Notes: generated by a model from the letters alone, not told the origin. A stretch of DNA of 64,000 nt from a candidate division FCPU426 bacterium (GCA_040756875.1 JBFLYH010000002.1:574526-638525), one strand, 5' to 3'; numbered from the stretch's first letter, positions 21,579-31,349 are shown. Program-made: numbers and translations.

Positions 21579-21615
21579 TTGAAATTCTCGAGCTGGTAGG
21601 CCTTGATCTTGCGCC
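21579..21615. repeat. 37-bp direct repeat, copy 1 (duplicate of activator gene 3' end)
   Basis: ttgaaattctcgagctggtaggccttgatcttgcgcc identical to 22226-22262. Confidence 0.95.
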
Positions 21616-21620
21616 GGTGG

Positions 21621-22067
21621 CTATTCCTCGCCCAGCGCTTCCAGGTCCGCCAGGTCACGCTTGCGGCCGACTGCCCGCTTATTGGCGATGAACTGCTTTC
21701 TGCCCAGGAAGCGGACAGACAATCGGCCGTAGGTACCGGACACACTGCCAGCTGCCGCTGCCTTCCAAGAAACGCCGGTTAAAGAGGTTAAAAGGTCCAC
21801 CCGCACCGGTGGAACGCCCAGTTGGATGACTTGCCCAGGGGCGGAGAAATCCCGAGGCTTGAAATTGAGGGATTTGAAGCCGAACGCAGTCAGCGCCTTC
21901 AGGATGCGGCCCGCATTCTTGACATCCGGCTTGATCAAAATATCCATGTCGCCGGTCATGCGGGGCGCGCCGTGATAGGCGAGCGCATAACCGCCCACGA
22001 TCAGGTATTCAACCTTGTGGACGTTGAATAACGCGAGCAGTTCTTTGAAGTCTGGTTGTAGGTCCAT
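21621..22067 (-). CDS. Small nucleotidyltransferase-fold protein (DUF6036-like)
   Basis: YLIVGGYALAYHG..RMTGDMDIL, NKRAVGRKRDLADL. Confidence 0.8.
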   Translation of the reverse strand: MDLQPDFKELLALFNVHKVEYLIVGGYALAYHGAPRMTGDMDILIKPDVKNAGRILKALTAFGFKSLNFKPRDFSAPGQVIQLGVPPVRVDLLTSLTGVSWKAAAAGSVSGTYGRLSVRFLGRKQFIANKRAVGRKRDLADLEALGEE

Positions 22068-22197
22068 AGAATTGTCGGCGCAAAAAATCCACCGCTCCTA
22101 CCCTCTCTCCGGAATCACGGCGCAACCAATAGCGCCGGTCCTCCCCCGCGGAGTCCGAATCCCGCAGTTTGCGCTTGGAAACCTTTTTCTTCAGCAT
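22009..22197 (-). CDS. Small basic protein, probable partner of the nucleotidyltransferase
   Basis: 62-aa ORF overlapping the NTase start; TGGTATAAT extended -10 ends 6 nt before its ATG. Confidence 0.6.
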   Translation of the reverse strand: MLKKKVSKRKLRDSDSAGEDRRYWLRRDSGERVGAVDFLRRQFYGPTTRLQRTARVIQRPQG

Positions 22198-22221
22198 GGG
22201 ATGATTATACCACCGTTTAAC

Positions 22222-23571
22222 CTATTTGAAATTCTCGAGCTGGTAGGCCTTGATCTTGCGCCACAGCGTGGAGCGGCTGATGCCCAGGCTCTTGGCGGTC
22301 TCGGTCTGGTTGCCGCCAAAGCGGGTCAGGGCCTGCTTGATCAGGTCCTCCTCGGCTTGGTTGAGGCTCACGGGCTGCTCCTTGCGCGAGCCTTCCAGGG
22401 CGAGCTGCCCCCGCTGGAAAACCTGGGGCGGCAGGGAGGTTTTTTCGATCACCGTGCCGTCGGAGAGGATCACGCCGTGCTGGATGATGTTCTCCAGTTC
22501 GCGCACATTGCCCGGATAATCGTAATGCAGCAGCGAAAAGAGCGCGTCGCGTGTGATGGAGATGACGTTTTTGCCGAAACGCTGATTGTACTTGTGCAGG
22601 AAAAACTTGATGAGCGCCGGGACGTCCTCGGGCCGCTCGCGCAGAGGCGGCACGTGGATGTTGATGACATTCAGGCGGTAAAAGAGGTCCGAGCGGAACT
22701 GCTTCTGTGCGAGCTCGCCGGCCAGGTCGCGGTTGGTGGCGGCCAGGATCCTGACGTTGACGCGGACTTCGTCGTTGCCGCCCAGGGGCCGGATCTTGTC
22801 GTCTTCCAGCACGCGCAACAGCTTGACCTGCATGGCCGGGGAGAGTTCGCCCACTTCGTCCAGGAAAAAAGTCCCGCCCGCCGCCTGCTCGAACAACCCG
22901 GCCCGGTCCACGGTGGCACCCGTGAAGGCGCCCTTGCGGTAGCCGAATAATTCGGACTCGAGCAGGGTTTCGGGAATCGCGCCGCAGTTCACGGCCACGA
23001 ACGGTTTATGGCTGCGGGAAGACAGCCGGTGCACCGCGCGCGCAACCAGTTCCTTGCCCACGCCGGTTTCGCCGGTGATGAGCACCGGCGAATCGGTCGG
23101 CGCCACGCGGGCCGCGAGCAGGAAGGCGCGCCGGATGGCTTCGCTGTGCCCCACCACTTCGGCCTCCTGGAATTCCTCCAGGCTGGCCGGCAGAAGGCGG
23201 TGTTCCGGCTTGCCCTCATCGCGGCGCTCCCATTCGCCCAACAGCTGCTGCCACTGCCCGCTGTCCAGGGGCAGGGGCAGGTAGAAATCCGCGCCGCGCT
23301 GGATGGCCTCGGCCGCGCTGGCCACGTGCCCGGCGCGCGCCAGCCACAGGATCTTGTGCGGCCGCTGCTCGCGCAGGAGGGAGACCAGGTCCAGGTCGCC
23401 GCCCACGCTGTTCTCGTCCAATACCACCACGTCGTAGGCCGCGGCGCCGGACTGGTCCAACAGGCGGTCCTTTTCCCTCAGCTCGTCCAGCTGATAACGC
23501 GACTGGGCCAGGCTCTTCTGGAATTCGTCCTTGAGCGCCCGGTCTTCAGAGAGAATGAGGATTTTACGCAT
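22222..23571 (-). CDS. sigma54-dependent enhancer-binding protein (NtrC family) with atypical receiver
   Basis: GETGVGKE, ESELFG..GAFTGA, FLDEVGE, PGNVREL, Fis-type HTH. Confidence 0.93.
   Translation of the reverse strand: MRKILILSEDRALKDEFQKSLAQSRYQLDELREKDRLLDQSGAAAYDVVVLDENSVGGDLDLVSLLREQRPHKILWLARAGHVASAAEAIQRGADFYLPLPLDSGQWQQLLGEWERRDEGKPEHRLLPASLEEFQEAEVVGHSEAIRRAFLLAARVAPTDSPVLITGETGVGKELVARAVHRLSSRSHKPFVAVNCGAIPETLLESELFGYRKGAFTGATVDRAGLFEQAAGGTFFLDEVGELSPAMQVKLLRVLEDDKIRPLGGNDEVRVNVRILAATNRDLAGELAQKQFRSDLFYRLNVINIHVPPLRERPEDVPALIKFFLHKYNQRFGKNVISITRDALFSLLHYDYPGNVRELENIIQHGVILSDGTVIEKTSLPPQVFQRGQLALEGSRKEQPVSLNQAEEDLIKQALTRFGGNQTETAKSLGISRSTLWRKIKAYQLENFK
22226..22262. repeat. 37-bp direct repeat, copy 2
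   Basis: Identical to 21579-21615. Confidence 0.95.
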
Positions 23572-24256
23572 GCCGCGTGTCCTTTGCGTCCGGCCGCACG
23601 CGCGGCGTGCGCCAGACCTTCCAGATGAATTTAGGCAACCGTCCCAGGCGCCGCAGCCGCCAGGGTTCCTGCCAGGTTCGATACAGCCATTCCAGCCCCG
23701 CGCGCCGCATCCAGAGGGGCGCGCGCTTCAGGTCGCCGGCCGCGACGTCGAGGCCGCCGCCCACGCCCAGGGCGACGCGGACCGCGAGCTCGCGGTGATG
23801 GCGGTCGATGAAACGTTCCTGGGCCGGCTGGCCCAGGCCCACCACCAGCAGGCCCGGCTGCGCCTGGTTGATGCGCGCGATCAGGGCCGCTTCGTCCTCG
23901 GCCTGCCAGAATCCGTCCGCGCAGCCGCATATCTTCAGGCCGGGAAAGCGCTCCTGCAGTTTTTTCCCCGCCCGTTCGGCCACGCCCGGTTTCCCGCCGA
24001 GCAGGAACACGCCCTGGCCTTCGGCCGCGCACACGCCCGCCAGGTCGAACAGGAGGTCCACCCCGGGCAAGCGCGCGGCTTTGACGCCGGTCAGCCGCCG
24101 GATGGCCCAGACCGCGCCCGCGCCGTCCGCGGTCAGCAGGTCGGCGCGGTTCAGCACCTCTGCGTAGTCCGGGTCCTCGTAGGCTTCCAGCAGGGTCAGG
24201 GCGCTGACCGTGTAAATGGACTGGCACCCAGCCCCGCTTGCGCCGGTCAGCGGCAA
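23564..24256 (-). CDS. WecB/TagA/CpsF family glycosyltransferase
   Basis: ADGAG..W, RLPGVDL, VGLGQPAQE, GVGGGLD..RAP.W....GLEWLYR. Confidence 0.9.
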   Translation of the reverse strand: MPLTGASGAGCQSIYTVSALTLLEAYEDPDYAEVLNRADLLTADGAGAVWAIRRLTGVKAARLPGVDLLFDLAGVCAAEGQGVFLLGGKPGVAERAGKKLQERFPGLKICGCADGFWQAEDEAALIARINQAQPGLLVVGLGQPAQERFIDRHHRELAVRVALGVGGGLDVAAGDLKRAPLWMRRAGLEWLYRTWQEPWRLRRLGRLPKFIWKVWRTPRVRPDAKDTRHA

Positions 24257-25152
24257 AGCTGATCCACCTGCCCGCGCAGGAATTCCACCAACGCCGGCCT
24301 CGCCTCGCGGTCCTTGAGCGCGAACGCCAGGGTGGCCTTGACGAATTCGAGCTTGTTGCCGATGTCATGCCGGATGCCGTGGAACTGCCAGGCATGGATC
24401 GGCCGGCGCCGGTTGAGGCGCCGCAGGGCGTCGGTCAGCTGGATTTCATGCCCGGCGCCCGGCCGGGTCTCGGCCAGCAGATCGAATATGTCCGGCGTCA
24501 GGATGTAGCGGCCGACGATGCCCAGGCAGGAAGGCGCTTTTTCCGGCTGGGGTTTCTCGACCAGATCCAGCACGCGATACAGGCGCGCCGACAGGGCCTT
24601 GGGCCGGATGATGCCGTAGGCCCGCGTGCGCTCCCTCGGCACTTCCTCCACGGCCAGCACGGGTGCGAGGGTGCGGCGCCACACGGCCAGGAGCTGGCTC
24701 ATGACCGGCTGCGGATGGTCGATGATGTCGTCCCCCAGAAACACGGCAAACGGCTCGTTGCCCACGAAACTGCGGGCGCACAGCACGGCGTGCCCCAGCC
24801 CGCGCGGCTCCTTTTGGCGCACATAGTGCAGGTTGACCATGTTCGAAATCCGCTGGACCAGGTGCAGGTCCGCCAGCTTGCCCGTGCGCTGCAGGGTTTC
24901 CTCCAGCTCGATGGACCGGTCGAAGTGGTTCTCGATGGACTGCTTGTTGCGGCCCGTGACCACCAGGATGTCGCGGATGCCCGCGGCCACGGCTTCCTCG
25001 ATCACATACTGGATGGCCGGTTTGTCGTAGATGGGCAGCATTTCCTTGGGCTGCGCCTTGCTGGCAGGCAGAAAGCGGGTGCCCAGCCCGGCGGCCGGAA
25101 TCACGGCTTTGGTGATCCGCTTGGGAAATTCGTTCCCTGCGCGTTTAGTCAT
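24247..25152 (-). CDS. galU: UTP--glucose-1-phosphate uridylyltransferase
   Basis: KAVIPAAGLGTRFLPASK..PKEMLP, VEKP, EIQLTDA. Confidence 0.95.
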   Translation of the reverse strand: MTKRAGNEFPKRITKAVIPAAGLGTRFLPASKAQPKEMLPIYDKPAIQYVIEEAVAAGIRDILVVTGRNKQSIENHFDRSIELEETLQRTGKLADLHLVQRISNMVNLHYVRQKEPRGLGHAVLCARSFVGNEPFAVFLGDDIIDHPQPVMSQLLAVWRRTLAPVLAVEEVPRERTRAYGIIRPKALSARLYRVLDLVEKPQPEKAPSCLGIVGRYILTPDIFDLLAETRPGAGHEIQLTDALRRLNRRRPIHAWQFHGIRHDIGNKLEFVKATLAFALKDREARPALVEFLRGQVDQLCR

Positions 25153-26914
25153 TGTTCACCTCGGGTTGTTGCCGGGATTTCAAAAATGCCTCCACCTCAT
25201 CGCTGGTGGTGTAGGTCAGCGCCTGTTCGGCCAGTTCCCGGCTCTGGGCGAAGTTGATTTCGCGGATGCACTTCTTCACCTGCGGTACGAAGGCCGGCCC
25301 GGTCGAGAACTCGTCCAGGCCGAGGCCGACCAAAAGGGGAGTGAACAGCGGGTCCGCAGCCATCTCGCCGCACATGCCGGCCCAGATCTGCGCGGCGTGG
25401 GCGGCTTGGATCACCTGTTTCAGCAGGCGCAGGATGGCCGGGTGCAGCGGCTTGTACAAGTAGGCGACTTTCTCGTTGATGCGGTCCGCGGCCACGGTGT
25501 ATTGGATAAGGTCGTTCGTGCCCACGGAGAAAAAGTCCGCCTCCTTGGCCAGGATATCGGCGGTGAGGGCCGCAGACGGCAGTTCGATCATGATGCCGAC
25601 TTCCATGTTCTTGTCGAAGGGCAGCCGGCGCCGGCCGAGGTCGCGCTGGGCCTCCTTGAGCAGGGCCTTGGCCTGCAGCAGCTCGGAGATGTCCGAAATC
25701 ATGGGGAACATGATTTTCAACTTGCCGAAGTGCGACGCCCGTAAAATCGCGCGCAGCTGGGTCTTGAACAGTTCCTGGTGCTCCAAGCACAGCCGGATGC
25801 CCCGGAGGCCGAGAAACGGGTTCATTTCCGTGGTGGTGCCCAGGCGGGAGAGGAACTTGTCCCCGCCCAGATCCAGGGTGCGCACCACGGTGGGGTACGG
25901 CAGGCAGTGGCGGGCCACTGCCTGGTAGGCTTCGAACTGTTCGTCCTCGCTGGGCAGGTCCCTCCGGTTCAAATACAGGAACTCGGTGCGGAACAAGCCC
26001 ACGCCTTCGGCGCCGTACTTGCGCGCCTGTTGGACATCCTCGGGCTGCTCGATGTTCGCGGCCACGGTCAGGCGGTAGCCGTCCTGGGTGACGGCGGTGA
26101 GCCCCTTGAGCTTTTTCAGCTTGCGGGCCCACTGCTGCATTTTTTCCTGGGACTGGCGGTATTTGGCCAGGGTGGCGGCGTCCGGATTGACGATGACCAC
26201 GCCCATGCTGCCGTCCACCACCACCAGGTCGCCGTTGGCGACGTTGTCGGTGATGTTCTTCAACCCGACCACGGCCGGCAGCTCCAGTGAACGGGCCAGA
26301 ATCGCCGCGTGGGACGTCCGGCCGCCGATGTCCGTGGCAAAACCGATGACCCGCTCCCGCCGCATGGTCGCGGTCTGGGACGGCGTGAGGTCCCGGGCCA
26401 CCACCACCACGTCCTCCTCGACGTCGGAGAGGAGATCCATGGGCTGGCCCGTGAGGTTCCGCAGCAGGCGCTCTACCACGTCTTCCACGTCCGCGGCCCG
26501 TTCCTGCAGGTATTCGTCGCTGGATTCGCGGAATTGTTTGACCAGCGCCTCCTTGATATCCTGCAGCACGAATTCGGCGTTGAGACGGTTGAGCTTGATC
26601 TGGTCGCGGGAAGCCTGGATCAGCATCGGATCCTGCAGGATGTGAAGGTAGGCGTTGAAAATCTCAGCCTCCTTGAACCCCACGTCCAGGGCGACTTTCT
26701 GCTTGATGGTCTCGATCTCCTTGCGGGTCGCGTCGATCGCGGCCTGCAGGCGGGTCAATTCCTTCTCCACCAGGGGTTCGGCCAGGCGGTTTTTCTTGAT
26801 TTGGACGTCGCGGGTTCCGACCAGATACGCCTTGCCGATGGTTATTCCCGGCGAAGCCGGGACTCCCTGGCAGGTCTGGTGGGTCTGATTCGTCCGGGGA
26901 CGCTCGGGCACCAT
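25145..26914 (-). CDS. ptsI: PTS enzyme I
   Basis: GGRTSHAAI, GLFRTEF, RTLDLGGDK, GTNDLIQY, CGEMA. Confidence 0.96.
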   Translation of the reverse strand: MVPERPRTNQTHQTCQGVPASPGITIGKAYLVGTRDVQIKKNRLAEPLVEKELTRLQAAIDATRKEIETIKQKVALDVGFKEAEIFNAYLHILQDPMLIQASRDQIKLNRLNAEFVLQDIKEALVKQFRESSDEYLQERAADVEDVVERLLRNLTGQPMDLLSDVEEDVVVVARDLTPSQTATMRRERVIGFATDIGGRTSHAAILARSLELPAVVGLKNITDNVANGDLVVVDGSMGVVIVNPDAATLAKYRQSQEKMQQWARKLKKLKGLTAVTQDGYRLTVAANIEQPEDVQQARKYGAEGVGLFRTEFLYLNRRDLPSEDEQFEAYQAVARHCLPYPTVVRTLDLGGDKFLSRLGTTTEMNPFLGLRGIRLCLEHQELFKTQLRAILRASHFGKLKIMFPMISDISELLQAKALLKEAQRDLGRRRLPFDKNMEVGIMIELPSAALTADILAKEADFFSVGTNDLIQYTVAADRINEKVAYLYKPLHPAILRLLKQVIQAAHAAQIWAGMCGEMAADPLFTPLLVGLGLDEFSTGPAFVPQVKKCIREINFAQSRELAEQALTYTTSDEVEAFLKSRQQPEVNND

Positions 26915-26919
26915 GCGTT

Positions 26920-27189
26920 CTATTCCTTTTCTCCGAATTTGTTGTTCACCAGCGCGACCAGGGCTTCCATGGCCTCGTGCTCGTCCTCGCCGTCCGTGGT
27001 GATGGTTACGACCGCTCCGCAGGCCGCGCCCAGGGTCATGAGGCCCATGATGCTTTTGGCGTTTACCTGGCGCGATCCCTTGCGCAGATAGATCTGGCAT
27101 TGGAATTTGTTGCCGGTCTCGATGAAGACCGCGGCCGCGCGCAGATGCATGCCGAGCTTGTTGGAGATGGTGACTTCGCGTTCGAGCAT
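26920..27189 (-). CDS. ptsH: Phosphocarrier HPr
   Basis: GMHLRAA (His15), AKSIMG (Ser46). Confidence 0.93.
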   Translation of the reverse strand: MLEREVTISNKLGMHLRAAAVFIETGNKFQCQIYLRKGSRQVNAKSIMGLMTLGAACGAVVTITTDGEDEHEAMEALVALVNNKFGEKE

Positions 27190-27380
27190 GGAGCCCCCGG
27201 CATTCTAGGCCGGGATTCCTCCCTTCGACTTGCGGGTCTCTGTTTCTTCGGGGCGACCACCGGAAGCACCTTGGCGCCTCGGCGCCAAAATATCTAGCCG
27301 GTCGGTGCGACATCCCCGGAGCAGAGCGTTCCGTTTAGAGCCTGGCAAGTATGCTGTCCCCTGCGAAGGGGATAAAAACC

Positions 27381-28154
27381 CTAAATCCACCCGAGAACGG
27401 CCAATAACACGGCCGAACCCGTCAGCAGATAGAATAGCTGCGTGGCCGATAACCCGATTGCCAACAGCATGTAAGCCAGGGCGGTCGCGCCCAACCCCAG
27501 ACCTGCCATGGCCGGGTAGGACAATTCCCAGGCCGGCGCGCCCTGGCTCCACGCCAGGAGGGCGGTCGCGCCCAGCAGTACGGAAGCCATCCAGCCCAGA
27601 CGCCGGGCAATCAGCTGAGGGTTGAACCGGCGGAGATCCTTGACGATCTCCAGGCCGCGGGCGTATCCCACGAGCACGCCTCCTGCCCGCAGGCTGAGAT
27701 GCGCCAGGTTGAACAACAGCAGGTACAGCACCGGGCCGAGCAACGCCAGGCCCGGATGGCCGCTGCCCGCAGCCCAGATCCAGCACACGGCCAGCAACGC
27801 CAGGGAGGGCTTGAGCATGGCCCAAAACACGGTGTCGCCGAGCGCGGCCAACGGACCCATCATGCTGCCCTTGATGCGCCGGGCGGCTTCGGGGTCGTTT
27901 TCCTCTTCCAGCCGGCACACCACCCCCAGAATGATCGAAGCGCAATAGGGATGGGTGTTGAAAAATTCCAAATGCCGCGCGAGCAGTGCCTGCCGCCGTT
28001 CGGGTTCCGGATACAATGCCCGGGCCAGGGGAACCAGCGCAAAACTGAACCCCACGTTCTGCATGCCCTGGAAGTTCCAGCAGGTTTGCAGGAACAAGGA
28101 GCGCCAGATCACCGCCCACAACGTTCTCCAGGTTACGCGGCGTGGGGCGCTCAT
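27381..28154 (-). CDS. Mannose-class PTS EIID
   Basis: WNFQGMQNVGF, RHLEFFNTHP, MGPLAALGDTVFW. Confidence 0.92.
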   Translation of the reverse strand: MSAPRRVTWRTLWAVIWRSLFLQTCWNFQGMQNVGFSFALVPLARALYPEPERRQALLARHLEFFNTHPYCASIILGVVCRLEEENDPEAARRIKGSMMGPLAALGDTVFWAMLKPSLALLAVCWIWAAGSGHPGLALLGPVLYLLLFNLAHLSLRAGGVLVGYARGLEIVKDLRRFNPQLIARRLGWMASVLLGATALLAWSQGAPAWELSYPAMAGLGLGATALAYMLLAIGLSATQLFYLLTGSAVLLAVLGWI

Positions 28155-28903
28155 GCGTACCCCTTCCGCGACGCCAGGAACAAGCTGACGGCCATGGCCA
28201 AAGCCGCCAGCAGCAGGCCGCCGTGGGGCCAGATCCACAAGCCCAAGCCGATAACCACGGCGGTCAGTCCCAGCATGGCCGGTTGGCCGTTCTTCCCCAC
28301 GGCATCCCAGGCTACGGCCAGCGGCAACGCCGGCAGAAACAGCGCGACCACGTCCAATCCCCGTAGCAGGGACGCGGGCGGCTGAAAACCGCCCAGCCAT
28401 CCGGTCAGGACGCCGAGCCACAGCCAGTACACTGCGAAATTGCGCGTGAACATGGTTGGCAGGCCGCTGAGATTCACGGCCGCCAGGCCCAGGCTGCCGT
28501 ATCGCTGCAGCCAGTCCTCCGCCTGCCTGGACAAACGGCTGTTGCCGTGCCGGACCAGGATGTCCAGCCGTCCGGACAGCCACCCGGCCGGAATCGAGAT
28601 GGCCAGCGCCCAGACCAGGGCCGTCGGCCCGGTCCAGCCGTAATGCGTCAGGCGGACAGCCAGAATCGTGGCGATTCCGGCGGAAACCGAATGGTCGGAA
28701 GGAATGTAAGCCCCCACGGGCAGCACATTGCTCCATAGCAACTGCAGCACCGCGCCCGCCGCCAAACCCATGGCCAAATCGCCAAGCAGCCAGCCGAACA
28801 AGCTGCTTACGATCAGGGGCTGCGAAAGCATGAATTGCCCGACCACGGCCTGATCCAAGGCCAGCAGGGCTCCTAGGATGGACAATCCCAGGGTTTGGTC
28901 CAA
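28151..28903 (-). CDS. Mannose-class PTS EIIC
   Basis: LDQ..GQFMLSQPL..G..LQLLW...PVG..IP; hydrophobic; operon position. Confidence 0.85.
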   Translation of the reverse strand: MDQTLGLSILGALLALDQAVVGQFMLSQPLIVSSLFGWLLGDLAMGLAAGAVLQLLWSNVLPVGAYIPSDHSVSAGIATILAVRLTHYGWTGPTALVWALAISIPAGWLSGRLDILVRHGNSRLSRQAEDWLQRYGSLGLAAVNLSGLPTMFTRNFAVYWLWLGVLTGWLGGFQPPASLLRGLDVVALFLPALPLAVAWDAVGKNGQPAMLGLTAVVIGLGLWIWPHGGLLLAALAMAVSLFLASRKGYA

Positions 28904-28927
28904 GCCTTCCTCCCGGCCCGCCCCGGC

Positions 28928-29419
28928 TCAACCTTTGGGCGGGAAATATTTACGAATGTCCACCGGCTCATCCGTGGGCACCATCTGCACGGTAACGCGA
29001 ACGCCCTCCTGGACGAGCTTTTGGAATGCCTTCATGTCCTCTTCGTCCACGGCGATCGCCTTGAGGATCTGGCGCTTGCCCGGGCTGTAACGCAGGCCGC
29101 CCACGTTCAATTCCTGCAGGCGCAATCCCCGGTCCACGGCCCGGCAAACGTCCCAGGGGGACGAAAAAAGCAGCAGCGTACGTTTGCCGTCGAGCTCCAG
29201 CCGGTTGCAGGCCGCGGCGGTTTCCTCCACGCGGCAGATCAGCACTTTCGTCCCCGGCGCGCCGGCCATTTCCATCAGCGTGCGGCGCAGGGAGTCCTGT
29301 TCCACCTGGTCGTCCGCGACCAGCAGGACTTCGGGTTTGGTGACTTTCGCCCAGCCCACGGCCACCTGGCCGTGGATCAAGCGGTCGTCGAGGCGGGTCA
29401 AAACCAGGTTCGCGGGCAT
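28928..29419 (-). CDS. Mannose-class PTS EIIB
   Basis: RLDDRLIHGQV..W, LNVGG, QMVP. Confidence 0.93.
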   Translation of the reverse strand: MPANLVLTRLDDRLIHGQVAVGWAKVTKPEVLLVADDQVEQDSLRRTLMEMAGAPGTKVLICRVEETAAACNRLELDGKRTLLLFSSPWDVCRAVDRGLRLQELNVGGLRYSPGKRQILKAIAVDEEDMKAFQKLVQEGVRVTVQMVPTDEPVDIRKYFPPKG

Positions 29420-29426
29420 CCGGGCC

Positions 29427-29852
29427 TCAGGTCTCCGACGACCAGTGCAGGAATTCGTTGGCGTGCAGCACGGCTTTCTTCCCCTTGTCTTTTACGAAAT
29501 CGGTGATTTGCGCCAGGTTCATGAGCGAGCGGTGCGTTACCGCCTCGATGAGCATGGGCAGACTGACGCCGGTCACCACCTGCAAATGGGGATAATCGCG
29601 GGTCAACGCCAAAGCCACGTTGCTGGGCGTGCCCCCGAACATGTCCACCAGCGCCAGGCAGCCTCCTCCGGGCTGTTCCGGCGGCTTGATGACGGAGGTC
29701 AGCTTGCGGGTGAGGTCCTCGATGCCCTCGTGCATTTCCAGGCATACGGGGCTCAAGTCGGCCTGGCGTCCCACGATCAGCTCCGTAGTGTTGATCAGTT
29801 CGATCGCCAACCGTCCGTGGGTGACCACGATTATCTGGATCATCGTTTCCAC
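29427..29852 (-). CDS. Mannose-class PTS EIIA
   Basis: VVTHG, DMFGGTPSN, GVSLPML. Confidence 0.93.
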   Translation of the reverse strand: METMIQIIVVTHGRLAIELINTTELIVGRQADLSPVCLEMHEGIEDLTRKLTSVIKPPEQPGGGCLALVDMFGGTPSNVALALTRDYPHLQVVTGVSLPMLIEAVTHRSLMNLAQITDFVKDKGKKAVLHANEFLHWSSET

Positions 29853-29876
29853 CGCCTTGGGATCAATCCCCTTGGT

Positions 29877-31226
29877 TCATATGACTATCAGTTTCATAAT
29901 CACCCGCGCCAGCTGCCCCGGACGATGGCGGAAGAAATCCTCGCCGCCGGCCATGCGGGCGCGAATCAAGGTCATGCCCCAGTTCTCCAACTGGGCCGCA
30001 TCCTCGGCCCGCGGCAGCACGGGCTCGGCTTTCATCTGCGCATACCGGGTCAGTACGTCCTGGCCGGGCATTTCAGTGTTGGCCAGGACGTACTGGATCA
30101 GATCCGGCCGCGTGTGTTCGCGCAGGATCCGCACGTGATCCAGCAGCGTCAGACGGTCGGTCTCGCCCGGCTGGGTCATGACATTGCAGACGTAAATCTT
30201 GACCGCGTTGGACGCCGCGATATCCTCGGCGATGCCCGGCACCAGCAGGTTGGGCAGGATGCTGGTGTAGAGGCTGCCCGGCCCGATGATGATGGCTTCG
30301 GCCTCGGCGATGGCCTGGCGGGTTTCCGGCGTGGGGCGCACGTCCGGAGGCACCAGTCGCAGCCGCTGGACCGGGCCGCCGCTGCGGCCGATCTGCGATT
30401 CGCCCTTGATCACGGTTCCATCCGCCAGTTCCGCTTCCAAAGAAACGGGGTCCACGGTCACGGGCAGCACCTGCCCGCTTACGGCCAGCACCTGGCTGGC
30501 CGCCTTGACGCCCGAAGCAAAGTCGCCCGTGATTTCCCCCAGGGCGGTGATGAAAAGGTTCCCGAAGGAGTGCCCTTCAATGCCCCCGCCCTCCCCCCGG
30601 AACCGGTGCTGGAAGAGCTGGCTGAGCAGGGGGCTGGTTTCCGCCAGGGCGACGAGGCAGTTGCGCAAATCGCCCGGCGGCAGGGTCCGGTATTCGCGGC
30701 GCAGGCGCCCCGAGCTGCCGCCGTCGTCCGACATGGCCACAATGGCGGAAATGTTCGCCGTGTACTCCTTGAGGCCCGAGAGCAGAGCCGGCAGTCCGGT
30801 TCCGCCGCCGATCGCCACCAGGCGCGGCCCGCGCTTGAGGCGCAGCCGCTTCAGCGCCACCGTGACATATTCGCTTTCCCGCGCCGGCATCAGCACGGTC
30901 AACACCGAGTACAGCCCGCGCCGGAAGGCCAGCACCGCGCCGGCCAATCCCAGGGCGAGCAGCATGAAATCCACGAACCGCAGGCTCTGGATCTGTTTGG
31001 CCAGGGGCCGCACGTCGATGACCTTGACTTCGAAATTACGGAACACGTCCCCCATCATGCCGGAAATCCCCACGCCGATGACTACGGCGGAGAGCAGCAG
31101 CAAAAACAGCCAGCGTTTGAGGCGCACGCCGGGATAGAGCCAGCGCCAGCCAAAACGCTGTTCCCAGCGGGCGCGACTCCGGCGTTGGACGGGTGCTGCA
31201 TTCTGTGGCACAGTGGCCTCTTTCAC
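29877..31226 (-). CDS. yvcK: YvcK/GlmR (UPF0052) protein with N-terminal TM segments
   Basis: GGGTGL, DDGGSSGRLR, PPGDLRNCL, GHSFGNL, GPGSLYTS. Confidence 0.9.
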   Translation of the reverse strand: MKEATVPQNAAPVQRRSRARWEQRFGWRWLYPGVRLKRWLFLLLLSAVVIGVGISGMMGDVFRNFEVKVIDVRPLAKQIQSLRFVDFMLLALGLAGAVLAFRRGLYSVLTVLMPARESEYVTVALKRLRLKRGPRLVAIGGGTGLPALLSGLKEYTANISAIVAMSDDGGSSGRLRREYRTLPPGDLRNCLVALAETSPLLSQLFQHRFRGEGGGIEGHSFGNLFITALGEITGDFASGVKAASQVLAVSGQVLPVTVDPVSLEAELADGTVIKGESQIGRSGGPVQRLRLVPPDVRPTPETRQAIAEAEAIIIGPGSLYTSILPNLLVPGIAEDIAASNAVKIYVCNVMTQPGETDRLTLLDHVRILREHTRPDLIQYVLANTEMPGQDVLTRYAQMKAEPVLPRAEDAAQLENWGMTLIRARMAGGEDFFRHRPGQLARVIMKLIVI

Positions 31227-31349
31227 GGCATTGAGGAGCGCCCAGGGCCAACGTTCCTCTGCGGGACCGATGGCCCGGCCTTTCCCCGTCGCTAAAGGTA
31301 TTCCGCACTTCCATCCCCCGGCTGAAATCCGGAGAAAGGCGCGGAGGGA

